Below are positions 1 to 12,734 of a DNA stretch of 64,000 bases, one piece after another. Under the pieces are notes generated by a model. It was given only the letters and a program-made list of their open reading frames with translations, ran no database searches and was not told the origin of the DNA. The stretch is from Azolla caroliniana (taxonomy: Eukaryota > Plantae > Polypodiophyta). Both the position numbers and the translations under genes were made by a program. The number at the start of each line of letters is the position of its first letter. Within the stretch, counting starts at the first letter, position 1. The stretch covers positions 25,296,001-25,360,000 of the forward strand of contig JBHGNT010000004.1 in NCBI GenBank assembly GCA_043228905.1, read 5' to 3'.

Positions 1-525
1 TAACACCGTGATAAAACTTGCCAAATTTGAGAAATGTAACTCCAAATCTAACAAGTAATCAGACATGGTATAAAACTTGCCAAATTTGAGAAATGTAACT
101 CCAAATCTAACAAGTAATCAGACTATCTTCCATTTGAACAATGCAAAAAAAGCAATTACCCGTTTCTAGTCTACGACGCTTTAGAGCTAATCCCAAAGGC
201 AATCCTCCAATCGAAACTCTCCAAATGAAGACCTTTGCTACAAGTGGCAATTTAGAATGCCAACTACGTTGTAAGATCTGCCACCAACATGATCAAATTT
301 GTGTATTTTCCATTCTTCTTCAGCCTTAGATGATAGCCATCCAAGATACTCAATAGAGCAATGATACAAAAGATTAGTAACTTCACTTATAACAACGGCG
401 TTTGACCCTGTAAACACCAATCAATCCACGATTGTTCTCCTGTTTGTAGAGGTAAGGGACCTTACATCAATGCAATATTTTGTAGTTGTTGCCAAATAAA
501 CCCATAATTAGGCGGGATGCATAAT

Positions 526-529
<4 letters not shown>
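1..529 (-). mobile_element. LINE (L1/Tx1-like) ORF2 3' fragment, 5'-truncated at a (GA)n tract
   Basis: Reverse complement closely matches about 15545-16032 (…NLLYHCSIEYLGWLSSKAEEEWKIHK… vs …NLLYHCSVESLGWL*SKAEEEWRIHK…). Carries a 59-bp tandem duplication (11-64/70-123). Confidence 0.85.
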
Positions 530-577
<48 letters not shown>

Positions 578-930
578 ACGACGCTTTAGAGCTAATCCCA
601 AAGGCAATCCTCCAATCGAAACTCTCCAAATGAAGACCTTTGCTACAAGTGGCAATTTAGAATGCCAACTACGTTGTAAGATCTGCCACCAACATGATCA
701 AATTTGTGTATTTTCCATTCTTCTTCAGCCTTAGATGATAGCCATCCAAGATACTCAATAGAGCAATGATACAAAAGATTAGTAACTTCACTTATAACAA
801 CGGCGTTTGACCCTGTAAACACCAATCAATCCACGATTGTTCTCCTGTTTGTAGAGGTAAGGGACCTTACATCAATGCAATATTTTGTAGTTGTTGCCAA
901 ATAAACCCATAATTAGGCGGGATGCATAAT

Positions 931-984
<54 letters not shown>

Positions 985-1337
985 ACGACGCTTTAGAGCT
1001 AATCCCAAAGGCAATCCTCCAATCGAAACTCTCCAAATGAAGACCTTTGCTACAAGTGGCAATTTAGAATGCCAACTACGTTGTAAGATCTGCCACCAAC
1101 ATGATCAAATTTGTGTATTTTCCATTCTTCTTCAGCCTTAGATGATAGCCATCCAAGATACTCAATAGAGCAATGATACAAAAGATTAGTAACTTCACTT
1201 ATAACAACGGCGTTTGACCCTGTAAACACCAATCAATCCACGATTGTTCTCCTGTTTGTAGAGGTAAGGGACCTTACATCAATGCAATATTTTGTAGTTG
1301 TTGCCAAATAAACCCATAATTAGGCGGGATGCATAAT

Positions 1338-1391
<54 letters not shown>

Positions 1392-1674
1392 ACGACGCTT
1401 TAGAGCTAATCCCAAAGGCAATCCTCCAATCGAAACTCTCCAAATGAAGACCTTTGCTACAAGTGGCAATTTAGAATGCCAACTACGTTGTAAGATCTGC
1501 CACCAACATGATCAAATTTGTGTATTTTCCATTCTTCTTCAGCCTTAGATGATAGCCATCCAAGATACTCAATAGAGCAATGATACAAAAGATTAGTAAC
1601 TTCACTTATAACAACGGCGTTTGACCCTGTAAACACCAATCAATCCACGATTGTTCTCCTGTTTGTAGAGGTAA
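169..1674. repeat. Tandem array of about 3.7 x 405-407-bp units (LINE fragment + (CT)n)
   Basis: Unit starts (gtctacgacg) at 169, 574, 981 and 1388. The same 60-aa ORF appears four times. Units differ visibly only in (CT)n length. Confidence 0.95.
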
Positions 1675-1688
1675 TGATACCACTGCTT
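1675..1688 (-). other. Library adapter remnant (AAGCAGTGGTATCA; SMART / PacBio ultra-low-input amplification adapter 5' end)
   Basis: tgataccactgctt is the exact reverse complement of the first 14 nt of AAGCAGTGGTATCAACGCAGAGTAC. It abruptly replaces the repeat unit and ends exactly at the N gap. Confidence 0.85.
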
Positions 1689-1788
1689 NNNNNNNNNNNN
1701 NNNNNNNNNNNNNNNNNNNNNNNNNNNNNNNNNNNNNNNNNNNNNNNNNNNNNNNNNNNNNNNNNNNNNNNNNNNNNNNNNNNNNNNN
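1689..1788. other. Assembly gap (100 N)
   Basis: Run of N. Confidence 1.
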
Positions 1789-2600
1789 AATTTGAAGATT
1801 TCTAAGGTTTCAAGTGACTCATTATTGTATAGAATGGATTATTTATCCTTATTTTGAGTCTTCACAAGCAAAACCTTTGTTTTGAAGCTATGGACACTCA
1901 ATTTGCTATGCATGTAAAAACTTTGTTTTGGAGCAAGGCACCGGATTATTTGTGTATAACAAAAGCATAACTGCCCATTCATTCCAATTCATCAATGGCA
2001 AAACCAAAGAGAGTTGGTGAGAGTGGGCATCGTTGCTTGACATCAATAGTGCTAGTGAAAATTCTGAACTTCCCATAAGCACATGCCATATCATCTTCTC
2101 ATAGGTTTGAGAAATTGCAACTTTATATTCACTTGATACTCCGAGTTTGTCCATGTGTTTCCAAAGATGCTGACAGACCACCACATCAAAAGCTTTCTGA
2201 AGTCTAAGGAACACCAACATAATCCTTTACATTTCAAATAACTTTCCTCCCTTAACACATGAAGAGGGACAAAGTTGATATAATGGTGTTGTGGTGTTTA
2301 CGAAAATGAACTTGTTCGTAAGCCCTCTTCCGATTCTTTCAGTTCACACACTTAACTTAGCTGAACTTAACTTTGCCAAATGATAATGAATCATTATCAT
2401 CTTATAGTTGTTCACATTATTAATGACTCTCCTTTTATGTAAAGATTTGATCAAAATTGTACAACCATGTGACATGCCATGTTGCAATGCATGATTAAAT
2501 ATATGACTTATCTAAGGATGCACCTCCTTTCCCATCCATTGAGGTACCATGGTTTGGAACTGGTCGATGAGGTTCATTGTTTGGACTAATGCTTTTACTA
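1789..2600 (-). mobile_element. Degenerate RTE-like LINE reverse transcriptase fragment
   Basis: Minus strand has remnants of QKAFD and [12 protein letters not shown] (near 2000-2040). Similar to 49490-50150. Frameshifted, boundaries approximate. Confidence 0.75.
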
Positions 2601-3317
2601 TCATGAGGGTGTGGCCGATTCAGCTCGGATGATCTCATGTCTGATGGAGGCTTTTCTACATACTCTTAATATAGTACTAGTGGACACTCTACTTGTATCC
2701 ACATGTACATGATGTCTAGACCCATATGGCCACACCTTACATGTGGGAAGGAGTGACCATGGTGTCAAATGTTGATACTTTGGTATGAGGGTCATAGAAG
2801 TGTCTGGTGGCATTGTTGATCGAGTATTTCTTGAGATGCACAACCTCGAATGAGTCGATCCTTGGTCACGTGGATAACAAAGAAGCGCCCAATCATTGAT
2901 GGAAATATATTCACTCCTAGTTACAACATAAGTATGATGGACACTTCCTTGGACCATAAAACAGCTACCACACTGCACTAAAACTCCAGTATCTCTCTGG
3001 AACACAGGACTGAACCTTTGAAATTTTGCACACTAAAAGTAGACTTCCCAAGCTTTCCAGCAAGCTATAAGCACTAAATCTGGTGACCTTTATGCTTGTC
3101 AACTGCCTTGCACAAGACAGACTAAAAAATTGTCCAAACAGGCAGCTTGCATCTATGTCTGTGTTTCAAACATATACACTTATGAATATGCAAAAACCAA
3201 ACCAGAGGCCTTTCAAGCTCAATACACTCAAGAATAATTGAACACTTTAGACTATGATTATACTCGAAAGAAGGCGTACAAGAGTAGGAAACAAGATGAG
3301 CTATATTAAGTATGAAC

Positions 3318-3739
3318 TAACAATTGGCAACGGTTCAGTTCGGTTTGAGAGGGTCCAAACCAAACCGTTTAAATTTTTTGAAACCTGAACCAAACCGTGA
3401 AACCGTTAAACATTTTTCAAACCGTTAAACCATTAAAACGTAAAAACCGCGGTTTCGGTTTTCAACATAGGTCAAATTTTTAATTTTTTAAAATTTATAA
3501 TATTTCATTATTTAGAATTTTTAAAATTTTTAAGATGTTCCTAAAATGTGAGAATAAGGTGTAAAAATGAAAAGATTGTTAAAAAATGATTTTTTTTAAA
3601 AAAATTAAAAAAATAGAAACCGTCAAACCGTTTAAACTGCGGTTTTTTACTGTTGAAACCAAACCGAACCGTTGAAACCGTTAAGCCGTTAAAACGTGGT
3701 TTCGCGGTTCGGTTCAAACCGAACCGTTGCCGATTGTTA
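3318..3739. mobile_element. hAT-type MITE (422 bp)
   Basis: TIRs TAACAATTGGCAACGGTTC / GAACCGTTGCCGATTGTTA (1 mismatch). Perfect 8-bp TSD GTATGAAC (3310-3317, 3740-3747). AAACCG subterminal repeats and AT-rich core. Confidence 0.92.
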
Positions 3740-3759
3740 GTATGAACTGCACAACATAA

Positions 3760-5290
3760 AGAGATATAGGCGATCAATGATCACCACTAAGAAAATTCTA
3801 TCAAGTTGGGAGCTTGCTTTCTTAAGCTTAGTGGGTGTGCTTAAACCTAGATTATGCATTCCCAAAAAAAGCCTACAAAACATCCAAAAACTTAGAGAGT
3901 ATTATACCACTCTCAAATGTTTTGCTTATATAGTGCTCCAAACAAAAAGTTTGGTGTGGAATTTGAATTCAAACATTACTTCCAAAATCCCCCACTTTTC
4001 TCCATCACAAGTTATGGACAAGTGGTTGTATACTGTAGCAAAAAGTTTAGTGATGTGACATTTGACTTGAGCAATGGTTCACACACTTGAGATTGCTAGA
4101 TTTCTAACAATCATGCCTGTAAATGTGACTCCAAAATATACAGAGGACTTCTCATGATAGGATGAAAATAGCTTGCTAGAAAATCAGCGCAGACATGTGG
4201 AAGATTGTGGCCTTTGTCTTTGCTAGGTTTATGGTGAGCTGTTTTTCCATACAAAAACCATCCGGGGCATTGAGATGGTGTGATAGACTTGCATGAGATT
4301 CTAAGACTAAGATTATGTCACTATACAAAGAAAAAGGCAGGCAGGTGTACCTAATATTTTGATTCTCTTACTGCCTCCACATGTGATTTAGTCCACTACC
4401 ACATCAATGTATTAGTCCAAAGAGGGTAGGGGAGAGTGGGCATCCTTGCTTCATACTTGTGGTGCTAGTGATAACCTTGGTTAACCTCCTTGGATGCCTA
4501 ACTTGTGCCCACACTTTCTCATATAGTGCACATGTTGACCGATCATGTCAGAAGGGGATTTTGAGTGCATGAAGTCTTTGTAGATGAACTTCCCTTGTTA
4601 TTTAATTAAAAGCCTTGCAAAAATCTACAAAGCATCAATTCAATTGTTTCTTTTTTGGTTTTGCTTGGTTCAGCCAGAAATATAATTCAAGGATGTGGTT
4701 AGTCATACAGAATGCTCTCCGACATCTTGATTTCCGCAAGACTTGTCTATCAAAGCATCAATACAATTGTTTCTTTTTTGGTTTTGATTTTCCGTGATTC
4801 AAGGACGTGGTCAGTGGTACAGAGTGCTCTCCTACATCTTGGTTGCCCCAAGGCTTGTCTATCTTCGAGCTCAACGAAAGTGTTGAGTTTCGGTTCAAGC
4901 ATTGATCCATAAGGTTTGGGGATTGTGTGGATTATCACGATAGTCCATTAGTTCCCTGTTTGGATGGGGTCTCCTGACTTACGGAGAGGCACAGTAGTGT
5001 GCATGATCCATGTGTTTGGGAGGCCTCCACTAAGGCTCTTGACCATGTATGTAAGGATAGTGTGCTAACCACATGTATGAGGTTTTCACCTTGACATTCT
5101 GTGTAGTCAGATGATTGTCTATGTTGAAAGCACTGGATTTCCTTTTCAAACTTGTTTGAGGTGAAGACGTTGAAGTAGTAGCATGAGACTTTAATTGTTG
5201 TGGTGTGGGGATTTGGTTGGGGATATGATTCAAGATTTCAGTATAAGAATGTCAAAGTTGTGGCTCATGATCAGGCTCTGGGTTCTCTGA
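3760..5290 (-). mobile_element. Degenerate RTE-like LINE, RT and 3' part (interrupted by hAT element)
   Basis: Minus strand reads [12 protein letters not shown] near 4410-4460. Similar to 48700-49170. Boundaries approximate. Confidence 0.7.
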
Positions 5291-5496
5291 TGTGTCGCTA
5301 GGGATCGGCAACGGCGCGGCTCAAGCCTAAACCAGTTTAAAACGGCTTAGAGGCTCGGCTCGGCTCAACTTAGGCTTGAGCTTGACTAAACAGTTTGAGC
5401 TCAGTTTGTCTTGGCTTGAGCCTTTCCAAACCGACTCAAACCAATTAAGCTGTTTATGTGGTTAGAGAAAAACTTGAAAGTTAGAAATTAGTTAGA

Positions 5497-5540
<44 letters not shown>

Positions 5541-5545
<5 letters not shown>

Positions 5546-6300
5546 GATGTATTCTATGATTGTGCGGTTATATTATTTTTTAACAAGAAACTCCCATACA
5601 TTAATTGGATTAAACAATGGTTGAACACAATCGTGTCACCAAATTGTGTTGAAAATATATATGCAGGACCACGAGGGTTTTATGATGTAGTGTTTCGTTC
5701 ACTGGAACATCGAAGTGCATTGTTGGCTAAAGTTCTCGTGTTTTTTGATAAACGATTGGTGCATGTAATGCAATGGTCTCCCGTTGTGGACTATCATGCT
5801 TTGTTAAAACAAGAATGCCCTGTTTGGGTAACAATGGATTGTAAGCATGCTTTTTTATGGCCAGTTGATGAGTCAAATTGGTAAAGTGTTGGTATCTCCA
5901 CGTGAAAATGCTACAAATAAGTGCATATTTTGTGTGTTAGGGGATACACGTTGTAAGAGGCCAAGATGGGTGCGTATGAACACACTTGGTATGAAAAGAC
6001 TTCGTTTTAAATTGAAGTGGGAAACATTTGCTGGTCATTGTTTTGGATGTGGTGAATGGGGTCACTTTATGGCGGAATGTCATCGTCATTGTCCTTCAAC
6101 TATAGAAGTTCCTAATGAAGGGAATGGTAAGGAAGGAGATGGGAGAGATGTTGGTGTGTCAGATATTGTGGTTGTTATGGATGAAGGAACATCATCTAGA
6201 GCAGGTTATAACGAGGTTTCACTTCAAGGTTTGGGCCCTAAGAATAAGGGAACTCAATCTATGGATATGGAAAAACAAAGTTTGGATAACACATATATTT
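5541..6300 (+). mobile_element. LINE ORF1 fragment with CCHC zinc knuckle
   Basis: CFGCGEWGHFMAEC knuckle preceded by GxxGFYDVVF…WSP, typical of plant L1 ORF1 (DUF4283-like). Frameshifted. Begins directly after the (GA)n tract at 5500-5540. Confidence 0.8.
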
Positions 6301-6301
6301 A

Positions 6302-8050
6302 TGTGTGCACTCCTATCTTGTATTTTTTTTTAAGTGGTAGGCTTTTGTTTTGCAGAATTGCTTCTACTTATTTAATCCCTCCTATTTGTTCAACTCCATA
6401 ATTGTTTGTAGTTTCTATATCTCTACCTTCACATATTTCAGAAAATTGTCATTCTATCTATCTACTTCCTTGCAATTTTGGCTTTAAAATGCTTAATTCC
6501 ATAAAGTACATGATCCTTTGACTTATATTATCCATATGTTCCCCTAGAATTGTGAGGGTAAGAGTTACGCCAAGAGTCTTTTGTTACATTTAATGTGTAT
6601 CCTATGAAAGCTTTGGTTTGAACATAGTTATAATAGTGTGAACCTAGTTAAGTAACTAATGGGTGTGAACATACTTAGAATAGTATGAAGCTAGTTAAGG
6701 AACTGCTAGGGGTGAATATAGTTAGAATAGTGTGAATTTCATTAAGTGATCGTTGGGTTTCCACCTACTTGTAGATACTGGTTATATAAACCATTCTACA
6801 TCTTTGTTGTCAAAGCTCGTTTTTCCTAATCTACTAATATTTCCTTAAGTCTTCTAAATGATCTTGTTGTGTGAGAGTTAGGCTAACATCCTTGCAGTAT
6901 CAAAGTAGGTCTAGGTTGCTTTCTCTATCCTATTTTTCCTACTAGGCATAGAAATATCTTTTTGTTTATCTCCTCCCATCTAAGAAGACATCGAACCTCT
7001 CCATCTACAGCAACAAAAATTCAAATAGTAAAAAACTGCAGCAAAGGCGATTTTCCCTATGTTCACATTTTCAAAAAGTAGATTTTGGAATGATTCTTTT
7101 GACTACTGGGACGCCCAAATCGGACTTTTGGTTTTGGAGATACAATGGAAACAAGTTTTGCAGCAGTCTCAAACCCTGACTGCACAGAAACTCTAGCAAC
7201 CAGTTTTTACCACAGCAAAATAAGTTTTCAGCATAGCGCAGTAACTCTTCTCTAGTTCTTTCAGTCCATTTCTTATACCATTCTTCAATATTATATTGCT
7301 TTAGTACATTTTAGTGAACATAACCATATATCTTGCTTTTGCAATGGTGCAATGGCTGAGCATACTAATATTTTTGGTATGATTAATGCTGAAGACAAGT
7401 TGGATGGTACTAACTATCCTATGTGGGCGTAATGATGAGACATGTATTGGTAGCAAAATAGCTATGGGACATTGTCATCGATTTTGATGAACGTCAAGCT
7501 TCAAGTTCTTCTCCAAACTTTCCCTCTGCTTCAGGAACAATTGACGCAAATAATGCTTCAAGCTCCACTCAACAATCCACTTCTTCAAAACTCAAGTGGG
7601 ATAGGATGTTTCCCATGCTCTCATTGCATTATCGGTCAAACGTCACATTGTTCCACATATCCGATCTTGCATGACCTCAAAAAGTGCTTGGGATGTGTTA
7701 AAGAACCTATATGCTCAAAGGAATGAAGCAAGGGTTGCTATGTTTAAGCGACAACTTGAAAAGACAAGGATGCAAGAAGGTGAATCCATGGACTCATTCT
7801 TGACAAAGATCGACTTCAAGAAACAATTACTTCAGACAAGCAGTTAGTTTCTAAAGTTCTTACCGCGCTTCCAATTCATATCACGGTTTCGCAACTACAA
7901 TAAGGCTTCTTACAAGAGGTAAAGAGAGTTTCAGCTTTGATGAGCTAATCTCCCTTCTCTTACAAGAATCTCAATCCCGAGCTAATCGAGATGTTCTTAA
8001 TCGTGGTGATCAAGCTTTTGTTAGCTCTTCCAAGTTCATAGGCCAACAAG
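6302..8050 (+). mobile_element. Truncated Ty1/Copia element A (5' LTR about 6302-6896, leader, degenerate gag)
   Basis: Degenerate PBS (gtatcaaag near 6897). About 47-bp repeats in the putative U3 (6620-6740). Gag remnant from 7352, …EDKLDGTNYPMWA*MMRHVL…LWDIV, with stops and frameshifts. Confidence 0.7.
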
Positions 8051-11000
8051 TGTTGGGAATAAAGGGCCATCGTGCCTTTTATTAGTGCACGAGTGTGAAC
8101 GCACTCGTAGCACACTTTTGAGTTGTATATACATAATATCTAAAAACCAAAAAAGAGGTACACTCTTTTGTACCCAAGATAGCGTGCATCTCTCTCTCTC
8201 ACTCGGACTCTCTCCCTCTCTGTTTTTGACCTAAACCCTAATCCTCGTGCTGCCTTCAAACTGGTATCAGAGCCAAGGTTTAGGGTTTTATGTAGAGAAA
8301 AGTTTAAGGTTTTCTGCAAAGCAGAGATTAGGGTTTTCTGCAGAGCAGAGTTTAGGGTTTTTGCAGAGCAGGTCACGTTTTCTGCAGTGCAGGTTTGGTC
8401 CTCTGTTTGGGCAAAAATCATGACTAGCAACAGTGAAAGTAGCCACCTTATGCACATCAAGAAGCTTGAGGGTGCACATAACTTTGTGGTTTGGAAAAAG
8501 CAGTGCTACAACATCCTGCTGCAAAAGAAGCATGCAAAGCCTATAAAAGTCAAAGGGGTAAAGCCTATAGATATGGACGAAGATAATTGGCAAGAGTTGA
8601 ATGAGCTTGTACGCTCAACTATTGAGTTGTCGATTTCTGATGCCTTGCTTTTTAATATCGAAGGTTTGGACTCCGCCTATTCTATATGGATTAGACTAGA
8701 GGAACTGTATGCCCAAAAGACGGCAGCTAGCAAAGTTTATTGGCTTAAGAAACTTATGCATTTGCGTATGATAGAGGGCACACCCATGTCAACTCACCTG
8801 AGTGAGTTCAATTCCATTTTCAGCCAGTTGATTGCCTTGAAATTCATCATTGATGATGAGTTTAAGGCCACGTTTTTACTTTGCACCTTGCCAGAAAGTT
8901 GGGATACTTTTAGGACTGCTATGAGCAATTCAAATGCGATGCTTCTTTATGCCGATGTAGAGAGTTCTCTACTCATGGAAGAGATGAGTCGGCAAAATAA
9001 TGCATCCAATAAGTCCTCTAGTGCGTTGCATATGAGGGGTAGGTCACAACAAAGAGGCAAATCTGATAGTTATGGCCGTAGTAAATCACGTGGTAAAGAT
9101 GTAGAATGCCATCACTGTGGCAAAAAGGGTCACTTTAAACGTGATTGTTTCAAATGGAAGAAAGAGAAAGGAAAGGGCAAGAAGATAGATGATTTCATAG
9201 AAGAAAAGAGAGACATTCAACCGAGGAAAGACAATACTAAAAGTGAAGAGGTGAATGTAGTCACTCATGATAGTGATAGTGGAAATGATGTACTCTTTGT
9301 TTCATCATGCCATAGAGAACATGCTTTACTTGCAGATACGGATGGTGACATGCACACTTGGATACTTGATTCCGGTGCTTCTTTTCACGTCACCCCTCAT
9401 CGTGAGTGGTTTTCAGATTACATAGGGGGTCGACATGGTGTTGTCCATCTTGGGGACAACTATTCATTTGAAATTGCAGGTATTGGCACTGTGCAATTAC
9501 AGTTTCAGCATGGTTCTGCTTTCACACTTCAGCATGTACGGCATGTACCTCAGCTCAAGAAGAGCTTGATTAGCACAGGACAGCTAGATGATGATGGATT
9601 TCACACAACCTTTGGTGATGGGAAATGGAAGATTTGTAAGGGATCTAGAGTTATTGCCGAGGGTAGTAAAAGTGATACTTTGTATCCTCTCCATGTATCT
9701 AGTGTGAGTGACCATGTTGTTGCCATAACCGAGCAGCCTAGTGTTGCTTTGTGGTATGGCCGGTTGGGACACATGAGTGAAACTGGTATGAAAGTACTTT
9801 CTCGTTTGGGTTACTTGCCGTGTCTTCGTTATGCTGATTTTGAACATTGTGATCATTGCATTTATGGTAAACATGTACAAACATCTCATAAAAAGTCTCT
9901 TTCGCTGAAGTCGTCCCCGCTTGAGTTAGTACATTCAGATGTATGTCAGATGCCAGGGCTATCATTAGGGGGAAAGAAATACTTAGTCACTTTTGTCGAT
10001 GATGCTACACGGAAGGTATGGGTTTACCCTATTCGTAGCAAGGATGAAGTGCTCGACAAATTTCGAACATTTTTGGCATTAGTTGAGAATCAAATTGATA
10101 AGACACTTAAGTGTCTTCGCTCTGACAATGGTGGGGAATATGTGTCCAAGGCTTTTCAAGCATTTTGTGACAGCAAAGGGATAAAGAGGGAACTCACTGC
10201 CCCTTATAATCCACCCCAAAATGGAGTTGCAAAGCATATGAATCGGACTATTCAAGATAAGGTCCGTACTATGCTGTCTCATGCTGCGTTACCCCATGGT
10301 TTTTGGGCAGAGGCTGTTATGACAGCTGTTCACTTGATTAATCGGTCACCTAACAGGTCTTTGGGAGGGGGAGTACCCCAAGAAGCGTGGTCGGGCAAGC
10401 CACCTTCATATGCTCACTTGAGAGTGTTTGGCTGTGAGGCTTTTGTGCACATTCGTAAAGAAGAACGCAACAAACTTGAGCCAAAGTCCTGCAAATGTAT
10501 TTTCCTAGGATACGGTGACGAGGGTGAAATGGGGTATAGATTGTGGGATCCCTAGAAAAGAAAAATAGTACGCAGCAATGATGTTATCTTCCGGGAAAAT
10601 CGCATGCATAAACAACCCGAAAAGACTGAGGAAGTACGTAGGGTTGTATTCCGAGAAGAAATACCTTTTAGACAGGAAAATGTGCCCGATGTACAGCAGC
10701 AAACACCTGCTGTAAAATTACCTGCAAATGCAGAAAATGAGGTTGGAAATGATCAGCCAGCCTTTGCCAATAATGATGAGCCACCAAATGTGCAGGAACA
10801 GCTAGAAAAGCAAGCTGTGAATGCTGATTTGCAGGTTGAAATGCCTGGACTGCAAATTGAAAATGATGCAAACAGTGTGGCTGATTATGTCATGGTAACT
10901 GATTGTGGCAAACTAACTTGCTTCAAGGAAGCAATGGACAGACAGGACAATAAGAAATGGTATAAAGCCATGTTGTGAAAGACGGAATCTCTTGAGAAAA

Positions 11001-12734
11001 ATGACACTTGGGATTTGGTGCAGTTGCTTAAAGGGCAGAAAATACTTCCATGCAAATGGGTTTATAAAATGAAGGTCATTTCTGGTTCCTCGCCAAAGTA
11101 CAAAGCAAGATTGGTTGCAAAAGGATACAAGCAAGAATATGGAGTTGATTTTGATGAGATCTTCCCGCCTGTAGTCAAGATGACTACATTAGGAATCATT
11201 TTGGGCTTAGTTGCAACCGAAGATATGGAGCTCATACAAATGGATGTGAAGACCGCCTTTTTACATGGCGATCTGCATGAAGACATATATATGCAGCAGC
11301 CTGAAGGTTTTGTGGCTAAAGGCAAAGAGAAGATGGTTTGTAAGCTCAAAAGGAGTTTGTATGGTTTGAAACAAGCACCAAGAGAATGGTATCATAAATT
11401 TGATGCATTTATGCAGTCTCAAGGTTTTCGTAGAAGTCAAGTAGACCACTGCTTGTACACCATGAAGGCAGGAGATGGCAGCCTGATTATCTTGGTTTTG
11501 TATGTTGATGATATGTTGATTGCTGGCAAGGATATTCATGCCTTGGATTCATTGAAGCAAAGCCTTCATGGCAGCTTTGATATGAAGGATCTTGGTGATG
11601 CAAATCACATCCTTGGCATGCGAATACTCCGAAACCGATCGAAAGGGGTACTCTTTCTATCTCAGCAGGAGTATATCTCTAAGGTTTTGCAACATTTCAA
11701 TATGGAGAGGGGGAAAACAATTGGGGTTCCATTGCCTCCATATTTAAAACTCAGTGCAGAAGACAGCCCTACATCTGATGATGAGAAGGCTGAAATGGCT
11801 AAGGTTCCATATACTTCTACCGTTGGCAGTTTGATATATGCGATGGTTGCTACACGCCCTGATATTGCCTTTGCAGTGGGAGTGGTTAGTAGGTACATGG
11901 CAAATCCCGGCAAAAAGCATTGGGAAGCGGTGAAAGGTATTATGAGATACCTCAAAGGCACAAAGGACTTGGGCATTTGCTTTGGAAAGCAAAAGGCATC
12001 TGTCGTTGGTTTTACGGATGCGGACTATGTTGGTCACGCAGACTGCAGGAAGTGTACTTCTGGGTATGTGTTTACTTTCACAGGAGGAGCGGTCTCTTGG
12101 ATCTCTAGACTACAGAAGTGTGTTGCATTGTCTACTACAGAGGCAGAGTATGTTGCTGCCACTGAGGCATGCAAAGAGGCTTTATGGCTTTCATATCTAG
12201 TGAGAGATCTTGGCATTACAGAGTTACCTATTCTTCATGCTATCATGCTAGCTCGGAATCCCGTCTTTTATGCAAAGACGAAGCACATAGAGGTGAAGTA
12301 TCACTTCATCAGAGATGTACTTGACAGCAAGAACATTGAGCTTGTCAAAGTACATACAAATAATAATCCTGCAGATCTTCTCATGCAGGGTCTTCCAGCT
12401 GAGCGATTTCCTCATTGCCGATAGATGATGGGAGTTGGATAGATGTATGTAGTTCAGCGTTGTACATACTTGGACTTAACTGACTTTTTTTTTTCTTCTC
12501 ATGGCACATTGCCTTTAGGTGGGAGGTTGTTGGGAATAAAGGGCCATCGTGCCTTTTATTAGTGCATGAGTGTGAACGCACTCGTAGCACACTTTTGACT
12601 TGTATATACATAATATCTAAAAACCAAAAAAGAGGTACACTCTTTCTACCCAAGACAACGTGCATCTCTCTCTCTCACTCAGACTCTCTCCCTCTCTGTT
12701 TTTTACCTAAACCCTAATCCTCGTGCTGCCTTCA
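8051..12734 (+). mobile_element. Ty1/Copia element B, full length, nonsense-mutated
   Basis: LTRs 8051-8258 and 12528-12734 (TG…CA, about 7-8 differences). PBS TGGTATCAGAGCC 8262-8274. PPT near 12517-12527. No matching TSD. Confidence 0.95.
8420..12424 (+). pseudogene. Copia B gag-pol (gag, protease, integrase, RT, RNase H), interrupted
   Basis: CHHCGKKGHFKRDC, WILDSGAS, LVHSDVC…LRSDNGGEY, YKARLVAKG, LYVDDMLI, TKHIEVKYHFIR. In-frame stops at 10553-10555 and 10976-10978. Confidence 0.93.

Noticed and set aside
169-1674. CRISPR-like or repeated small-gene array (four identical 60-aa ORFs)
   Set aside because: No unique spacers and a eukaryotic context. The ORFs are LINE ORF2 fragments with non-ATG starts.
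1675-1682. TGGTATCA as a retrotransposon PBS
   Set aside because: The match extends to 14 nt of the adapter and ends at the gap. It lacks the GAGC continuation seen in the real PBSs at 8262 and 25453.
2601-3300. 134-aa minus-strand ORF / possible LTR fragment
   Set aside because: No recognisable motifs or termini. Probably repeat-derived, but I cannot classify it.
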